This document shows positions 23,601 through 35,627 of a stretch of 64,000 bases of DNA, piece after piece. The position numbers were made by a program, and so were the translations under genes. The DNA lies in NCBI GenBank assembly GCA_002269645.1, contig NIVC01000590.1, positions 60,531 to 124,530 of the forward strand, in the 5' to 3' direction. Source of the stretch: Macrostomum lignano (taxonomy: Eukaryota). Positions within the stretch are counted from its first letter, which is position 1; each line of letters starts with the position of its first letter. Below the pieces are notes generated by a model that did no database searches, was not told the origin of the DNA, and saw only the letters and a program-made list of their open reading frames with translations.

Positions 23601-24099
23601 GTCACGTTAGACCATTACACCCCCTCCCCAAAACGTTATCTTTAGGTCTCGATCATTTCTTCTGGCTGGGTCAGGTCATTTGGTCATTGGCATCGATTTT
23701 TCTCTGCAATGAGTCATAAATTTTGTTGAATATCGAATTCCATCTTATCTGGCAAGGTCTGGCTTTGAACTAAGTGACACTGAAAACAAATGGTGTAAGA
23801 TCACAAAAGGCCGAACGCGAGGTCAAAGCCTCAAAGCATCGGTTACGTTCGACAGTACAGCCAAATCAGTTAGTTTTAATAATTTTTAAAGATCATCTAG
23901 CAAACTATAGTGCCCACCTTCGGGGCGGCCAATAAGCAAGGAAAAAATATTATTTATGCAAATCTATTCAAAAAGCGCATTTTCTAGAGAACCAATTCCT
24001 TCTTCAGTTTTATAAATCACATAAAAACTGAAATCACAGCAAAATTTTCACGGACGAGGATGTTTGCTTTGAATCCTTTTTTTAAAAGTAACAAAAGCC

Positions 24100-24245
24100 A
24101 AGCATCACCCAGTTAGCAAGCATCCTCCAGATAGCAAGCATCCTCCAGATAGCAAGAATCCCACAGATAGCAAGCATCCCTCAGATAGCAAGCATCCCTA
24201 AACAGCAAGCATCCCACAGATAGCAAGCATCCATCAGAAAGCAAG
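24100..24245 (-). repeat. 18-bp minisatellite of the Helitron family in reverse orientation (part of an older minus-strand copy)
   Basis: CAGATAGCAAGCATCC units are the reverse complement of the array 18-mer. Confidence 0.8.
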
Positions 24246-24269
24246 TAGCTATTGCAACAATTTCTTTTT

Positions 24270-24690
24270 TAGCTAATGCAGTAATCCTCTACTCATCTAG
24301 TGCAATAATTCTTAACTCATCATTGTAAAAATCAGTTTCTGTTACCCTTGCCACTGTGTTGGTGGTAAGGGTGTTTAAACTGCGGGGTGAGGTGGCTCGC
24401 TTGGCTGGGGCGGGTGTGTGCGGGTTTGCATTACTCATTCCTTTACTCATTAAGTGCAATAACCCTTTACTCATTAAGTGCTATAATCCTCTACTCATCT
24501 AGTGCAATAATCCATGTCTCAGCCAGTGCAATATTCCCTTTCCCATCTAGCGCGATAATCCTTTACTCATCAAGTGCAAAATTTCCTTTTCTCGTGTAGT
24601 ACAATAATTCTTTACTCATCAAGTGAAATAATCCCTTTTTTAAGCTAGTGCAATAATCCCTCTTAAGCTCGGGCAATAATCCCTTTCGCA
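24270..24690. repeat. Degenerate ~25-bp tandem repeat (TGCAATAATCCTTTACTCATCAAG-like)
   Basis: Repeated motif readable by eye, interrupted at about 24320-24430. Confidence 0.7.
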
Positions 24691-24808
24691 TATATAACCA
24701 TTTCTGTAATAAATCCTTTCAAAACTTGAATAAAAAATAGTACTGTGGTAAAGTTGCGCGTCTGAGAAAAAGTAGAATTAAGAAGGTGAGCACTATCATT
24801 TTTTATGC

Positions 24809-24840
24809 GACATGCTTCACCTCGCGTCAGGCATCGTCAG
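24809..24840 (-). ncRNA. Hammerhead ribozyme motif, mutated copy
   Basis: Minus strand reads CTGACGA-T-GCCT-GACGCG-AGGT-GAAG-CATGTC, with core changes C11.1 to U and GAAA to GAAG relative to the copy at 48908. Confidence 0.55.
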
Positions 24841-24985
24841 GCTCTTAAAATTAGTAACGATTTATTTGTTCATTAATACTTAACAATTAAGACTAAAAAC
24901 GGTCGATAAAAGTCAGAAATGTATATAAATTAACAGTACATTGTACAGTCCGACGGAGCGCTCACAGAGTTGCAATGAGGGGAGA

Positions 24986-25030
<45 letters not shown>

Positions 25031-25052
25031 TGAGATAAGCACAAGTGTACAC

Positions 25053-25937
25053 CTAGAATACTCTAAGGAGGGCACTGGCACCGTGATTGGCAAGTTGCTT
25101 ATTTAGGATTGGTTTACGCGATTTTATATACAGGGCTTCAAGCACTTTTAGTCTGTACTCATTTGAGCACGTATGGATGGTGGAAAAGTTTTTATCTATT
25201 TGGCTGTCACAGCATTCTTTGCATATCATCAGGTGGTCGTGTACGGCCGACATCTTTTGCCTATGTTCTCTACTTCTCACGTACAGGTGTCGGGTAGTTT
25301 CACCTATGTAGGTGATACTCTGGTCGCCAGAGCATTGAAATTGGTAAACGACACCTGCCCGTAAGGAGCTGAAAACGCGGCATTTCAAATTCTTAACAAA
25401 ACGACCGATTTTCTCGCAACGGAAAGTGACCATGAGCTTTACATTTAAATACTTATTAAACGCTCTGATGAGGTTCTTTTTAAAATGAATCTGGCCCATA
25501 GAAAGGAATGGAGATATGGGTGCAATCAATCCTCAGATCTTTTTGTTCTTCCTTATTCTGTCTATTGTTAGGATTTGCGACTTTACCATCAATGAATTTC
25601 CTAATGTGGTAATCGAGGAACCGTTTCGGGTAGTTGTTTTCGGAAAAATAGGTGCTAATCAAGCAAATTTCTTCGTGGAAACTAGTCCAGGTGCTACAGA
25701 TTTCGAAAGCCCGGTGGAGCATACCACGCAGCAGGCCCACTTTCCACTGGGTTGGGCAGAGAGCATTGAAGTTTAGCAGAAGACCAGTGTAGGTGGGTTT
25801 ACGATAAACTTTGGTGGACACACAATCGTTTTCAACATTAATCTGAATGTCTAGAAAAGGTATAGATTTCCCACCTCCTTCAGCAGTGAATTTTATGTTG
25901 GGATGAGTGCTGCTCAAAATGTCTAAGAATGGGCTAT

Positions 25938-25939
<2 letters not shown>
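25053..25939 (-). pseudogene. Penelope-like ORF 3' part (RT palm/thumb and GIY-YIG endonuclease), one frameshift near 25482
   Basis: HPNIKFT...IPFLDI...VYRKPTYTG...HRAFEIC is typical of the PLE RT C-terminus. VVYQFQC...YIGETTR.L..R..EH...EAL.I...KP.LN is GIY-YIG. The RT YxDD motif is absent because of truncation. Confidence 0.88.
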
Positions 25940-26009
<70 letters not shown>

Positions 26010-26869
26010 TCTCCCCTCATTGCAACTCTGTGAGCGCTCCGTCGGACTGTACAATCTACTGTTAATTTATATACATTTCTGACTTTTATCGACCCGTTCT
26101 TAGTCTTAATTGTTAAATATTAATGAACAAATAAATCCAATATACAAAAAATCAAAACTATGTACCTACCTACCTACCTATCTATCTATCTAGCTTTATT
26201 TGGCTATCTTCTTATTCCTTGTAGAGAACAGAGATTCTATACAGATGTCCCCCAACGGGGGGCGAAAATTGCTAGTCCCATATACTAAAAATGAAATGTC
26301 TGTAGCTATGCGATAGATTTCAGAAAAATTGGCTCAACCGATTTTCTTCAAACTTGCACCATTCGATCAGAAATTTTCCTGGGACGGTACATGCATCTTG
26401 GCTAAGAAATTGCTAATGTTAAAGGGATTAAATATTCGAAAAACATGCTTTTTTGCAAAGGTCAAGCAGCTCTTTCGACCTGAAATGCATTGTAAGAATG
26501 CTAGAGAAAAAACTAACTGACTGAATTTCAATTCTGATAAAGATTGCATCACAACCAGTTGAAAACATTGCCGAAGAAATGCACACAAGACTTGATTTAA
26601 ATTGCGTAACCATATTTCTAACTTGAACTGAGACTGATACTGGCTGATAGAGAAATTGATTACGAGCGTATGTCATAACTTTTTACTTTAATTGACTTGC
26701 TGTAAGAATTGAATTATAAGGGCCACAATTCATGTACTCCAATTGAAAAGAGATAGCCTAGATACGAACAGACTCGACTGCCAACGTAGCGACCTGGGTT
26801 CGAATCTTAGTAGTGCAAAATAATTTTTTTAATCAAACACCTTGAAAACACGAAACTGCTAAACATAAA

Positions 26870-27660
26870 AAGCACAATGTCAAACATAAAAGAGGCACCA
26901 TGTCAAACATAAAAGAGTCACCATTTCGAATATTAAAGTGCCACTATGTCAAACGTAAAAGAGCCACCATGAAGAACATTAAAGAGCCACCATGCCAAAC
27001 ATAAAAGAGCCACTATGTCGAACATTAAAGAGCTAGCATGTCAAACATTGAAGAGCCACCATGTCGAACATTAAAGAGCCACCATTTCGAACATAAAAGA
27101 GCCACCATTTCGAATATTAAAGAGCCACCATGAAGAAAATTAAAGAATCACCATATCGAACATTAAAGAGCCACAATGTAGAATATATTAAAGAGCAACT
27201 ATGTCGAACATTAAAGAGCCACCATGTCAAACATAAAAGAGCCACCATGTCGAACATTGAAGAGCCACCATGTAGAATATTAAAGAGCCACCATGTCAAA
27301 CATTGAAGAGCCACTATGTCAAACGTAAAATTGACTTTATGTCAAACATATCAGTGACTTTATGTCAAACATATCAGTGACTTTATGTCAAACATATCAG
27401 TGACTTTATGTCAAACATATAGGTGTTTTTATGTCAAACATTAAAGAAACACCATTTTGAACATTAAAGAGTCACTATTTCGAACATTAAAGAGCCACCA
27501 TGTCAAACATAAATGAGCCACCATGTCAAACATAAATGAGCCACCATGTCAAACATAAATGAGCCACCATGTCAAACATAAGAGGCACCATGTTAACATA
27601 AAAGAGCCACCATGTCAGACAAAAGAGAGCCACCATGTCAACCATAAAATATACACAATT
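26870..27660. repeat. 23-bp minisatellite (AAAGAGCCACCATGTCAAACATT), Helitron unit 2
   Basis: 23-nt periodicity. Further short blocks at about 32800-33000 and 33775-34400. Confidence 0.9.
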
Positions 27661-27764
27661 TCAAACGTAAAAGTATTGCCAGCCAATGCCAATTTTAAGT
27701 CATGCCAATTTTAAAGGAGCCACTATAAAGCTAAGGAAATTTTCGCACTAGCTACTTATTGTCT

Positions 27765-28156
27765 GGTGGATGCTTGCTATTTGGGGATACTTGCTATCTG
27801 GGGGGGGGGGGTGCTTGCTATCTGGGGGATGCTTTCTATCTGGGGGATGCTTGCTATCTGGGGGATGCTTGCTATCTGGGGGATGCTTGCTATCTGGGAT
27901 GCTTGCTATCTGGGGATGCTTGCTATCTGGGGGGTGCTTGTTATCTGGGGGATGCTTGCTATCTGGGGGATGCTTGTTATCTGGGGGATGCTTGCTATCT
28001 GGGGGATGCTTGCTATCTGGGGGGTGCTTGTTATCTGGGGGATGCTTGCTATCTGGGGGATGCTTGTTATCTGGGGGATGCTTGCTATCTGGGGGATGCT
28101 TGCTATCTGGGGGTGCTTGCTATCTGGGGGATGCTTGTTATCTGGGGGATGCTTGC
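27765..28156. repeat. 18-bp G-rich minisatellite (ATGCTTGCTATCTGGGGG), Helitron unit 2
   Basis: 18-nt periodicity. Continues after the Gypsy insertion at 32562-32715; further blocks at about 33105-33690, 34450-35015 and 37250-37350. Confidence 0.9.
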
Positions 28157-31100
28157 TGTTATGACTTCTTCTCTAGCGGAAGACAGTGAGTCAAGATCAA
28201 CAAGGTCAACTTAAAAGTTGCACTCTTAGCAGAGCGTCTTATTTCATGTTCGTAACGTTCTTTTTTATTTTCCAAGCTTGAAGCATCGCTTCTTTAGCTT
28301 ATGGCTGGGTGTGTGTGCGACGGAGTCGTCTATGGCCACACCCAACATCTCCCCCCTTACAATGGCAAAGAAAATTTTTTTTAAGTTAATGCGGGAGGAA
28401 CAAATTTTAGCACTTATAGTTAACTTTGGGTTTCTCCGAAAGTCGCATGCTTCTCCTGGGTTCAATAGTATCCTCGGGAACCTCAAGGATCGGAGGTGTA
28501 CGCAGCCCCTCTTGTTGTGGAGGCTCCTCTTGTTTCCTCCCTGCCGCGTGCTCGCCAGCTCTGGGTGGCATTCTGTCGGTTTCTGCGGGCTCCTCGCCGG
28601 TTAGACTGTACGGATGTAGCTGATCCAAGTGAACCTTCCGATACTTTGAGTTCGGTTCATCTGTCTTGATCATGGCCATGCTCCTTCCGATAGGCAAAAG
28701 CAGTTTTGCAGTGATTGGCTTGTCTCTCTCATTTTTGTAGATAACTGGATCCTCCAGTCCAACTTGCCTCTTGGTAAACGGAACCCTGAGCTTGTGCCCC
28801 AGCAGCTGTTCCGCTGGTGACGATCCCGCTTTGTTGTCTGATGCGCGATAAAACAGCAAGAAGCGGTCAACAGACTCTTGACTGAAGCCATTTGCCTTGA
28901 TGCTTTCTTTTAGGGTGCGTACGAAACGCTCTGCAACCCCATTACTTTGTGGGTGATAAGCTGCGATAGTCAGGTGCTCACAGTCAATTCCTGCCAACCA
29001 CTCTGTAAAGTCCTTGCTGATAAAGCATGGTCCGTTATCTGACACAAGTGTCCTTGGAATTCCAAGCTGAGAAAACGTCCTTCTGACGCACTGAATGACA
29101 GTTCGAGAAGTCATATCTTTGGTGACGTGGACTTCAGGATACCCGCTGTACGAATCTACCAGAACGAGCATGTAGTGGTTGTCGATCGGTCCTGCAAAGT
29201 CGATATGAACACGATCCCAAGGACCCGCAGCTTCAGGCCAACTGGAGCGAAAATTCCTATTTTGCGGTTTTGCGGTCCTACAGATCTGGCACAAACCGAC
29301 TGTCCGTTCGATATCGCTGTCCATGGCTGGCCACCAAAACTCCGCACGAGCCAAGGACTTGGTGCGGGACATTCCCAAATGAACTTCGTGCACTGCTGCA
29401 ATCGCTTTCATGCGTAAGGATTTTGGAATAATGATCCTGTGGCCTCGAAGAATAACATCGTCCTGAACGCAAAGTTCTTCTCGCACATTTTTGAAAGGTC
29501 GCAGCCTAGGGTGTTTAAAGCTTCCTGTCTTTATAGCGCTCTTCAGCAAGCGCATTTCGTTACACCGCTTCGTTGCTAGCCTGATTTCTTCCAGAGACAC
29601 TGTAGTTGAAACCGTGTGAATGTTACCAATCTCTAGCGTTTCACCGCTTCTTCCTTGCGGAACCAATCTTGAGAGCGCGTCAGATGCCATAGCTTTAGAT
29701 TTTCGATACTCGATCTCGTAATCGTACGCCGTGAGAAATATCGCCCATCTCTGCAGCCTTGCGGACACTCTCGATGGTAGCTCTTTGTCACAGGCTAAGA
29801 TGTAAACGAGAGGTCGATGGTCGGTTATTAGCTTAAATTTTCTGTCACAGAGAAAACGATGGCATCTTCTAACACCCCATATTATCGCAAGCGCTTCTCG
29901 CTCTATTTGCGAATAATTTCGCTCCGATGATGACAAAAGTTTGCTGATGTACAAGACAGGACGTCCTTGCTGACTCAGGACACCACCAAGGGCAATCTGC
30001 GAAGCATCTACTTCGAGCTCAACCGGTAGCTTTGGGTCGTACGCATGCAAAGCAGCGTCTTCTGAAAGTGATTTCTGGATGTTTCTGAACGCATCTTGTT
30101 CTTTTGCGCCCCAACGAAACTCCACACCTTTGCGCTTCAGGTGCACTAACGGAGCCGATATTCCAGAAAGGTTTGGAATGAATCGCGAGCAGAACGTAAT
30201 CAGTCCGAGGAAGGATTCTAACTCGGAAAGATTTTTCGGAGTTTCCATTTCTTTGATCGCCCGCACTTTCTCTCCATCAGGATAAATGCGACCGCTGTCC
30301 AGAATATGACCCAAAAACCGGACTCGAGATAAATTCCGTTGGCATTTCTGATCATTTACCTTTAGCCCTTCCGATGCTAGACGGTAAAGTACTTGTTCTT
30401 CGCGTCCTTTCAACTCTGACTCATCGCTTCCACCAATTAATATATCGTCCATGTACGCTATTGTTCCGGGAATACCTTGGATCACTTGCGATATATACCG
30501 TTGGAAAATACTCGGAGCCGTTTTTATTCCAAACACAAGTTTATTGTACTTAAAATTTCCAAATGGAGTCGACATCACGGTTAGCGGTTTAGATGCATCG
30601 TCCAGCTCTACTTGGTTGTACGCTTTCTCTAGATCGATGATACTGTACCGAAAGCATCCCGCCACTGTCGAGAAAGCTTCCTCCGGGGTCGGTGTCGGGT
30701 AGCTATCCGGGACCAGCTGTGGATTAAGCGTACTCTTATAGTCCACACATAGCCTGATACTGCCGTTGGGCTTGCCGACTACCACGACTGGAGACGCCCA
30801 TTCCGAGAATTTCACAGCTTCGATTATACCTTCATCAAGTAAGCGATCCAATTCCTTTTTTACTGCTTCACGTTGAGCAAATGGTAACGGTCTTGCTTTT
30901 ACATACTTTGGTACTGCTCCGTCTTTAAGTTCCAAATGAGCTTTCATTGTAGTTGCACTTGCTGCCAGAGATGCCATATCCATGGAGACTTCCCCACTAT
31001 GTCCTGTGTCCAGCTGTACACAGAGAACATCTCGCCCCAGCAAGGCATAGCTCTTGCTGCCTTTCACTACCTCAAAGTCGATGCGCTGATATTTTCCATT

Positions 31101-32561
31101 CAGTTCTACCACAGCTTCGTATCGACCTAATACCGTGAACTTGTGATCACTTACATAGCCACCCAGCTGTGTATTTGAGTTCTTAAGAGCTGGTCGACCC
31201 AACTGTTTCCAGAGGGATTCTGACATTATGGACACACCCGCTCCAGTATCCAGCTCGCATGTCAGCGCGTATCTCTTTTGCCCTTCTAGTACGGACACTG
31301 TGATGGAGATAGGTTTTCGGTGATCCCGATCTGGGCAGCAACTTTGCACTTCAGCGACAAATACTTCGGAATTTTCTTGAACATGTTTTACTGTTGATTT
31401 ACTCGTGCCACCGGTCTTTCTATGTGAAAAGTCTGAACCTCTGCAGGCTTTGGCAAAATGATTAGCCTTGCCACACCGGTTGCAGGTCTTACCATACGCT
31501 GGGCATTTAAACTTTTCATGATTGCCGCCACACTTCTTGCACAGCCGATCCGCCACTGCCGGAGTTTTGAAATCCTTCGACTTGGACCCTGGTTTCCGCG
31601 TTGAGACTTTCAGAACTGTTCCAGAATCTGATTTCGGAGTTGTCTTCATTATCTGCGTTTCCAGCAAACTTGAATGGGCTTCTGCTTCTGCTACCGCCTC
31701 TTTGAATGTGAGTGTTTTATGATCCTTGATGATCAGCTTTCCAACTATGGCTTGACTGCCAAGACCGCATATGAATTGGTCACGCATTCTCACATCTCTG
31801 TTTTCAAACTCACATTTCTCAGATGCTTTTATTAGTCTTTCTGCAAAAGCTCTTACCGGCTCATTGGGTTCACGGCCAATTTTTTGAAATGTAAATCTTT
31901 CGGCCAACACATATGTAGTGGGTATTAACAGTTCTTGTAGTGCTCCTGTTAGTTCCTCAAACGACATCTTGCCAGGCTTCTTTGGAGACACATAGTCCGC
32001 TAGCTTATTGTAGAGAGCAGGTGACATTCGCATCAGCAGGACATGAGCACGTGCAGATGCGTCCCAGTTAAACAGGGTGGCTCCGATCTCAAAACGATCG
32101 AGCCAACGATCCAGAATGGTTGACTCCTCCAACCTTTCAATCTCAGACATACCTGAGGTTTGGCGACTGCTCTGAGTGGCGTTCTGGGCTTGAGCATCCC
32201 TTTCAATTGCTTGGGACTGTGACCGGTTTTGAGAACCTCCTCCATTACGGCTTGGAGAGATCCCAGCAGACTTGGCCGCTGACTTCGTCGGATCTGCAGA
32301 CTTCGTCGGATCCTTGCTCATTATGAGCTTGAAAGTCTGACCGTCAGGTTACGATTGCTTGCGACGCCACTGTTATGACTTCTTCTCTAGCGGAAGACAG
32401 TGAGTCAAGATCAACAAGGTCAACTTAAAAGTTGCACTCTTAGCAGAGCGTCTTATTTCATGTTCGTAACGTTCTTTTTTATTTTCCAAGCTTGAAGCAT
32501 CGCTTCTTTAGCTTATGGCTGGGTGTGTGTGCGACGGAGTCGTCTATGGCCACACCCAACA
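28157..32561 (-). mobile_element. Full-length Gypsy LTR retrotransposon (4,405 bp, probably Mag-like)
   Basis: Identical 191-bp LTRs (28157-28347, 32371-32561) with TG...CA ends. 5-bp TSD CTTGC. PBS-like TGGCGTCGC next to the 5' LTR and PPT GTAAGGGGGGAGA next to the 3' LTR. Confidence 0.95.
28407..32321 (-). CDS. Single gag-pol polyprotein, 1304 aa
   Basis: Two zinc knuckles (CKKCGGNHEKFKC, CNRCGKANHFAKAC), protease LDTGAGVS, RT YMDD, RNase H, integrase HHCC and D,D,E in Gypsy order. No stops. Confidence 0.95.
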   Translation of the reverse strand: MSKDPTKSADPTKSAAKSAGISPSRNGGGSQNRSQSQAIERDAQAQNATQSSRQTSGMSEIERLEESTILDRWLDRFEIGATLFNWDASARAHVLLMRMSPALYNKLADYVSPKKPGKMSFEELTGALQELLIPTTYVLAERFTFQKIGREPNEPVRAFAERLIKASEKCEFENRDVRMRDQFICGLGSQAIVGKLIIKDHKTLTFKEAVAEAEAHSSLLETQIMKTTPKSDSGTVLKVSTRKPGSKSKDFKTPAVADRLCKKCGGNHEKFKCPAYGKTCNRCGKANHFAKACRGSDFSHRKTGGTSKSTVKHVQENSEVFVAEVQSCCPDRDHRKPISITVSVLEGQKRYALTCELDTGAGVSIMSESLWKQLGRPALKNSNTQLGGYVSDHKFTVLGRYEAVVELNGKYQRIDFEVVKGSKSYALLGRDVLCVQLDTGHSGEVSMDMASLAASATTMKAHLELKDGAVPKYVKARPLPFAQREAVKKELDRLLDEGIIEAVKFSEWASPVVVVGKPNGSIRLCVDYKSTLNPQLVPDSYPTPTPEEAFSTVAGCFRYSIIDLEKAYNQVELDDASKPLTVMSTPFGNFKYNKLVFGIKTAPSIFQRYISQVIQGIPGTIAYMDDILIGGSDESELKGREEQVLYRLASEGLKVNDQKCQRNLSRVRFLGHILDSGRIYPDGEKVRAIKEMETPKNLSELESFLGLITFCSRFIPNLSGISAPLVHLKRKGVEFRWGAKEQDAFRNIQKSLSEDAALHAYDPKLPVELEVDASQIALGGVLSQQGRPVLYISKLLSSSERNYSQIEREALAIIWGVRRCHRFLCDRKFKLITDHRPLVYILACDKELPSRVSARLQRWAIFLTAYDYEIEYRKSKAMASDALSRLVPQGRSGETLEIGNIHTVSTTVSLEEIRLATKRCNEMRLLKSAIKTGSFKHPRLRPFKNVREELCVQDDVILRGHRIIIPKSLRMKAIAAVHEVHLGMSRTKSLARAEFWWPAMDSDIERTVGLCQICRTAKPQNRNFRSSWPEAAGPWDRVHIDFAGPIDNHYMLVLVDSYSGYPEVHVTKDMTSRTVIQCVRRTFSQLGIPRTLVSDNGPCFISKDFTEWLAGIDCEHLTIAAYHPQSNGVAERFVRTLKESIKANGFSQESVDRFLLFYRASDNKAGSSPAEQLLGHKLRVPFTKRQVGLEDPVIYKNERDKPITAKLLLPIGRSMAMIKTDEPNSKYRKVHLDQLHPYSLTGEEPAETDRMPPRAGEHAAGRKQEEPPQQEGLRTPPILEVPEDTIEPRRSMRLSEKPKVNYKC

Positions 32562-35500
32562 CTTGCTATCTGGGGAATGCTTGCTATCTGGGGGATGCTT
32601 GCTATCTGGGGGTGCTTGCTATCTGGGGGGTGCTTGTTATCTGGGGGATGCTTGCTATCTGGGGGGTACTTGCTATCTGGGGGATGCTTTCTCTCTGGGT
32701 GATGCTTGCTGTCTTGGGATGATTTCTTTTTGCATTGCACTTCATTTGAGCACTTTTTCGGTTTTCTTTGTGAAGGTTTTTTTTGTATGTCGAATATTAA
32801 ACAGCCACCATGTCAAACATAAAAGAGACACCATGTCAAACATAAAAGAGCAACCATGTCGAACATTAAACAGCCACCATGTCGAACATTAAAGAGCCAC
32901 CATGTCAAACATTGAAGAGCCACCATGTCAAGCATAAATGAGCCACCATGTCAAACAAAAGAGAGCCACCATGTCAACCATAAAATATACACAATTTCAA
33001 ACGTAAAAGTATTGCCAGCCAATGCCAATTTTAAGTCATGCCAATTTTAAAGGAGCCACTATAAAGCTAAGGAAATTTTCGCACTAGCTACTTATTGTCT
33101 GGTGGATGCTTGCTATTTGGGGATACTTGCTATCTGGGGGGGGGGGTGCTTGCTATCTGGGGGATGCTTTCTATCTGGGGGATGCTTGCTATCTGGGGGA
33201 TGCTTGCTATCTGGGGGATGCTTGCTATCTGGGATGCTTGCTATCTGGGGGATGCTTGCTATCTGGGGGGTGCTTGTTATCTGGGGGATGCTTGCTATCT
33301 GGGGGATGCTTGTTATCTGGGGGATGCTTGCTATCTGGGGGATGCTTGCTATCTGGGGGGTGCTTGTTATCTGGGGGATGCTTGCTATCTGGGGGATGCT
33401 TGTTATCTGGGGGATGCTTGCTATCTGGGGGATGCTTGCTATCTGGGGGTGCTTGCTATCTGGGGGATGCTTGTTATCTGGGGGATGCTTGCTATCTGGG
33501 GGATGCTTGCTATCTGGGGGATGCTTGCTATCTGGGGGTGCTTGCTATCTGGGGGGTGCTTGTTATCTGGGGGATGCTTGCTATCTGGGGGTGCTTGCTA
33601 TCTGGGGGGTGCTTGTTATCTGGGGGATGCTTGCTATCTGGGGGGTACTTGCTATCTGGGGGATGCTTTCTCTCTGGGTGATGCTTGCTGTCTTGGGATG
33701 ATTTCTTTTTGCATTGCACTTCATTTGAGCACTTTTTCGGTTTTCTTTGTGAAGGTTTTTTTTGTATGTCGAATATTAAACAGCCACCATGTCAAACATA
33801 AAAGAGACACCATGTCAAACATAAACGAGCAACCATGTCGAACATTAAACAGCCACCATGTCGAACATTAAAGAGCCAGCATGTCAAACATATATGTGAC
33901 TGCATGTCAAACATAGAAGAGCCACCATGTCAAACATAAAAGAGCCACCATGGCGAACATAAAGAGCCACCATGTCAAACATAGAAGAGACACCATGTAA
34001 AATATAAAAGAGCTACCATGTAAAATATAAAAGGGCCATCATGTCAAACATTTACGTGACTCAATGTCAAACATTAAAGAGCCACCATGTCAAACATATA
34101 CGTGACTCCATGTCAAACATTAAAGCGCCATCATGTCAAACATATATGTGACTGCATGTCAAACATAAAAGAGCCACCATGTCAAGCAACTAAGCCACCA
34201 TGTCAAACAAAGAAGAGACACTATGTCAAACATAGAAGAGCCACCATGTCAAACATAACAGAGACAACATTTCAAACGTAAAAGGGCCGCCATGGTAAAC
34301 ATAGAAGAGCCACTATGTCAACATTAAAGAGCCACCTTTTTAAACATAAAAGAAACACCGTTTCAAACATAAAAGAAGTGTCATGCCAAACACAATGGAG
34401 CCACTATAAATCTAAGGAAATTGTTGCACTATAGCTACTTTCTCTGGTGGATGCTTGCTATCTAAGGATGGATACTTGCTATCAAGGGGATGCTTGCTAT
34501 CGGAAGGATGCTTGCTACTGGGGTAACTTGCTATTGGGAGATGCTTGCTCTTGGGGGGGGGGTGGAGGGTACTTGCTATCTAAGAGGGGGTTGCTAGATA
34601 TCTATAAGGTCTCTTTGTATCCAGGTTAATGCTTGCTATCTGGGGTTGCTTGCGGTCTGGGGGATGCTTGCTCTTGGGGGGTGGAGGGTACTTGCTATCT
34701 AAGAGGGGGTTGCTAGATATCTATAAGGTCTCTTTGTATCCAGGTTAATGCTTGCTATCTGGGGTTGCTTGCGGTCTGGGGGATGCTTGCTATCTGGGGG
34801 ATGCTTGCTATCTGGAGGATGCTTGCTATCAGGGGTTGCTTGCAGTCTGGGGGATGCTTACTATCTGGGGTCTGGGGGATGCTTGCTATCTGGGGGATGC
34901 TTGCTATCTGGGGTTGCTTGCTATCGGGGGGATGCTTGCTATCTGGGGGATGCTTGCAGTCTGGAGGATTTCGCTATTTGGGGATCGATGCTTGAATGCT
35001 GTCTGAGGATGCTTGCTGTCTTGGGATGTTTTGTTTTTAGAGGGAATGTCTGCTGTTTTTTATGAAGGCTTTATTTCGCTGTCTATTTGTTATTTGTAAA
35101 GAACAAGGATTCTATCCAGATGTCCCCCATCGGGGGGCGAAGATTCCTAGTCCTATATACTAAAAATGAGTTGTCTGTATGTGGGTAGGTATGCGATAGA
35201 TTTCAGAAAAATTGTCTCAACAATTTTCTTCAAACTTGCACCATTCAATCAGAAATTTTCCTGGGACGGTACATGCATCTTGGCTAAGAAATTGCTCAAT
35301 GTTAAAGGGATTAAATATTCGAAAAACATGCTTTTTTGCAAAGGTCAAGCAAAATTTTCGACTTGAAATGCATTGTAAGAATGCTAGAGAAAAAAACTGA
35401 CTGGCTGAATTTCAATTCTGATAAAGATTGCATCACAACAAATTGAAAACAGTGTCGAAGAAATGCACACACGACTTGATTAAAATTGCGCAACCCATAT

Positions 35501-35627
35501 TGCTAACTTCAATTGAGACTGATTCTGGCTGACTGAGAAATTGATTACGTCATAACTTTTTACTCCAATTGATTTGCTGTAAGAATTGAATTATAAGGGC
35601 CACAATTCATGTTCTCCAATTAAAAAG

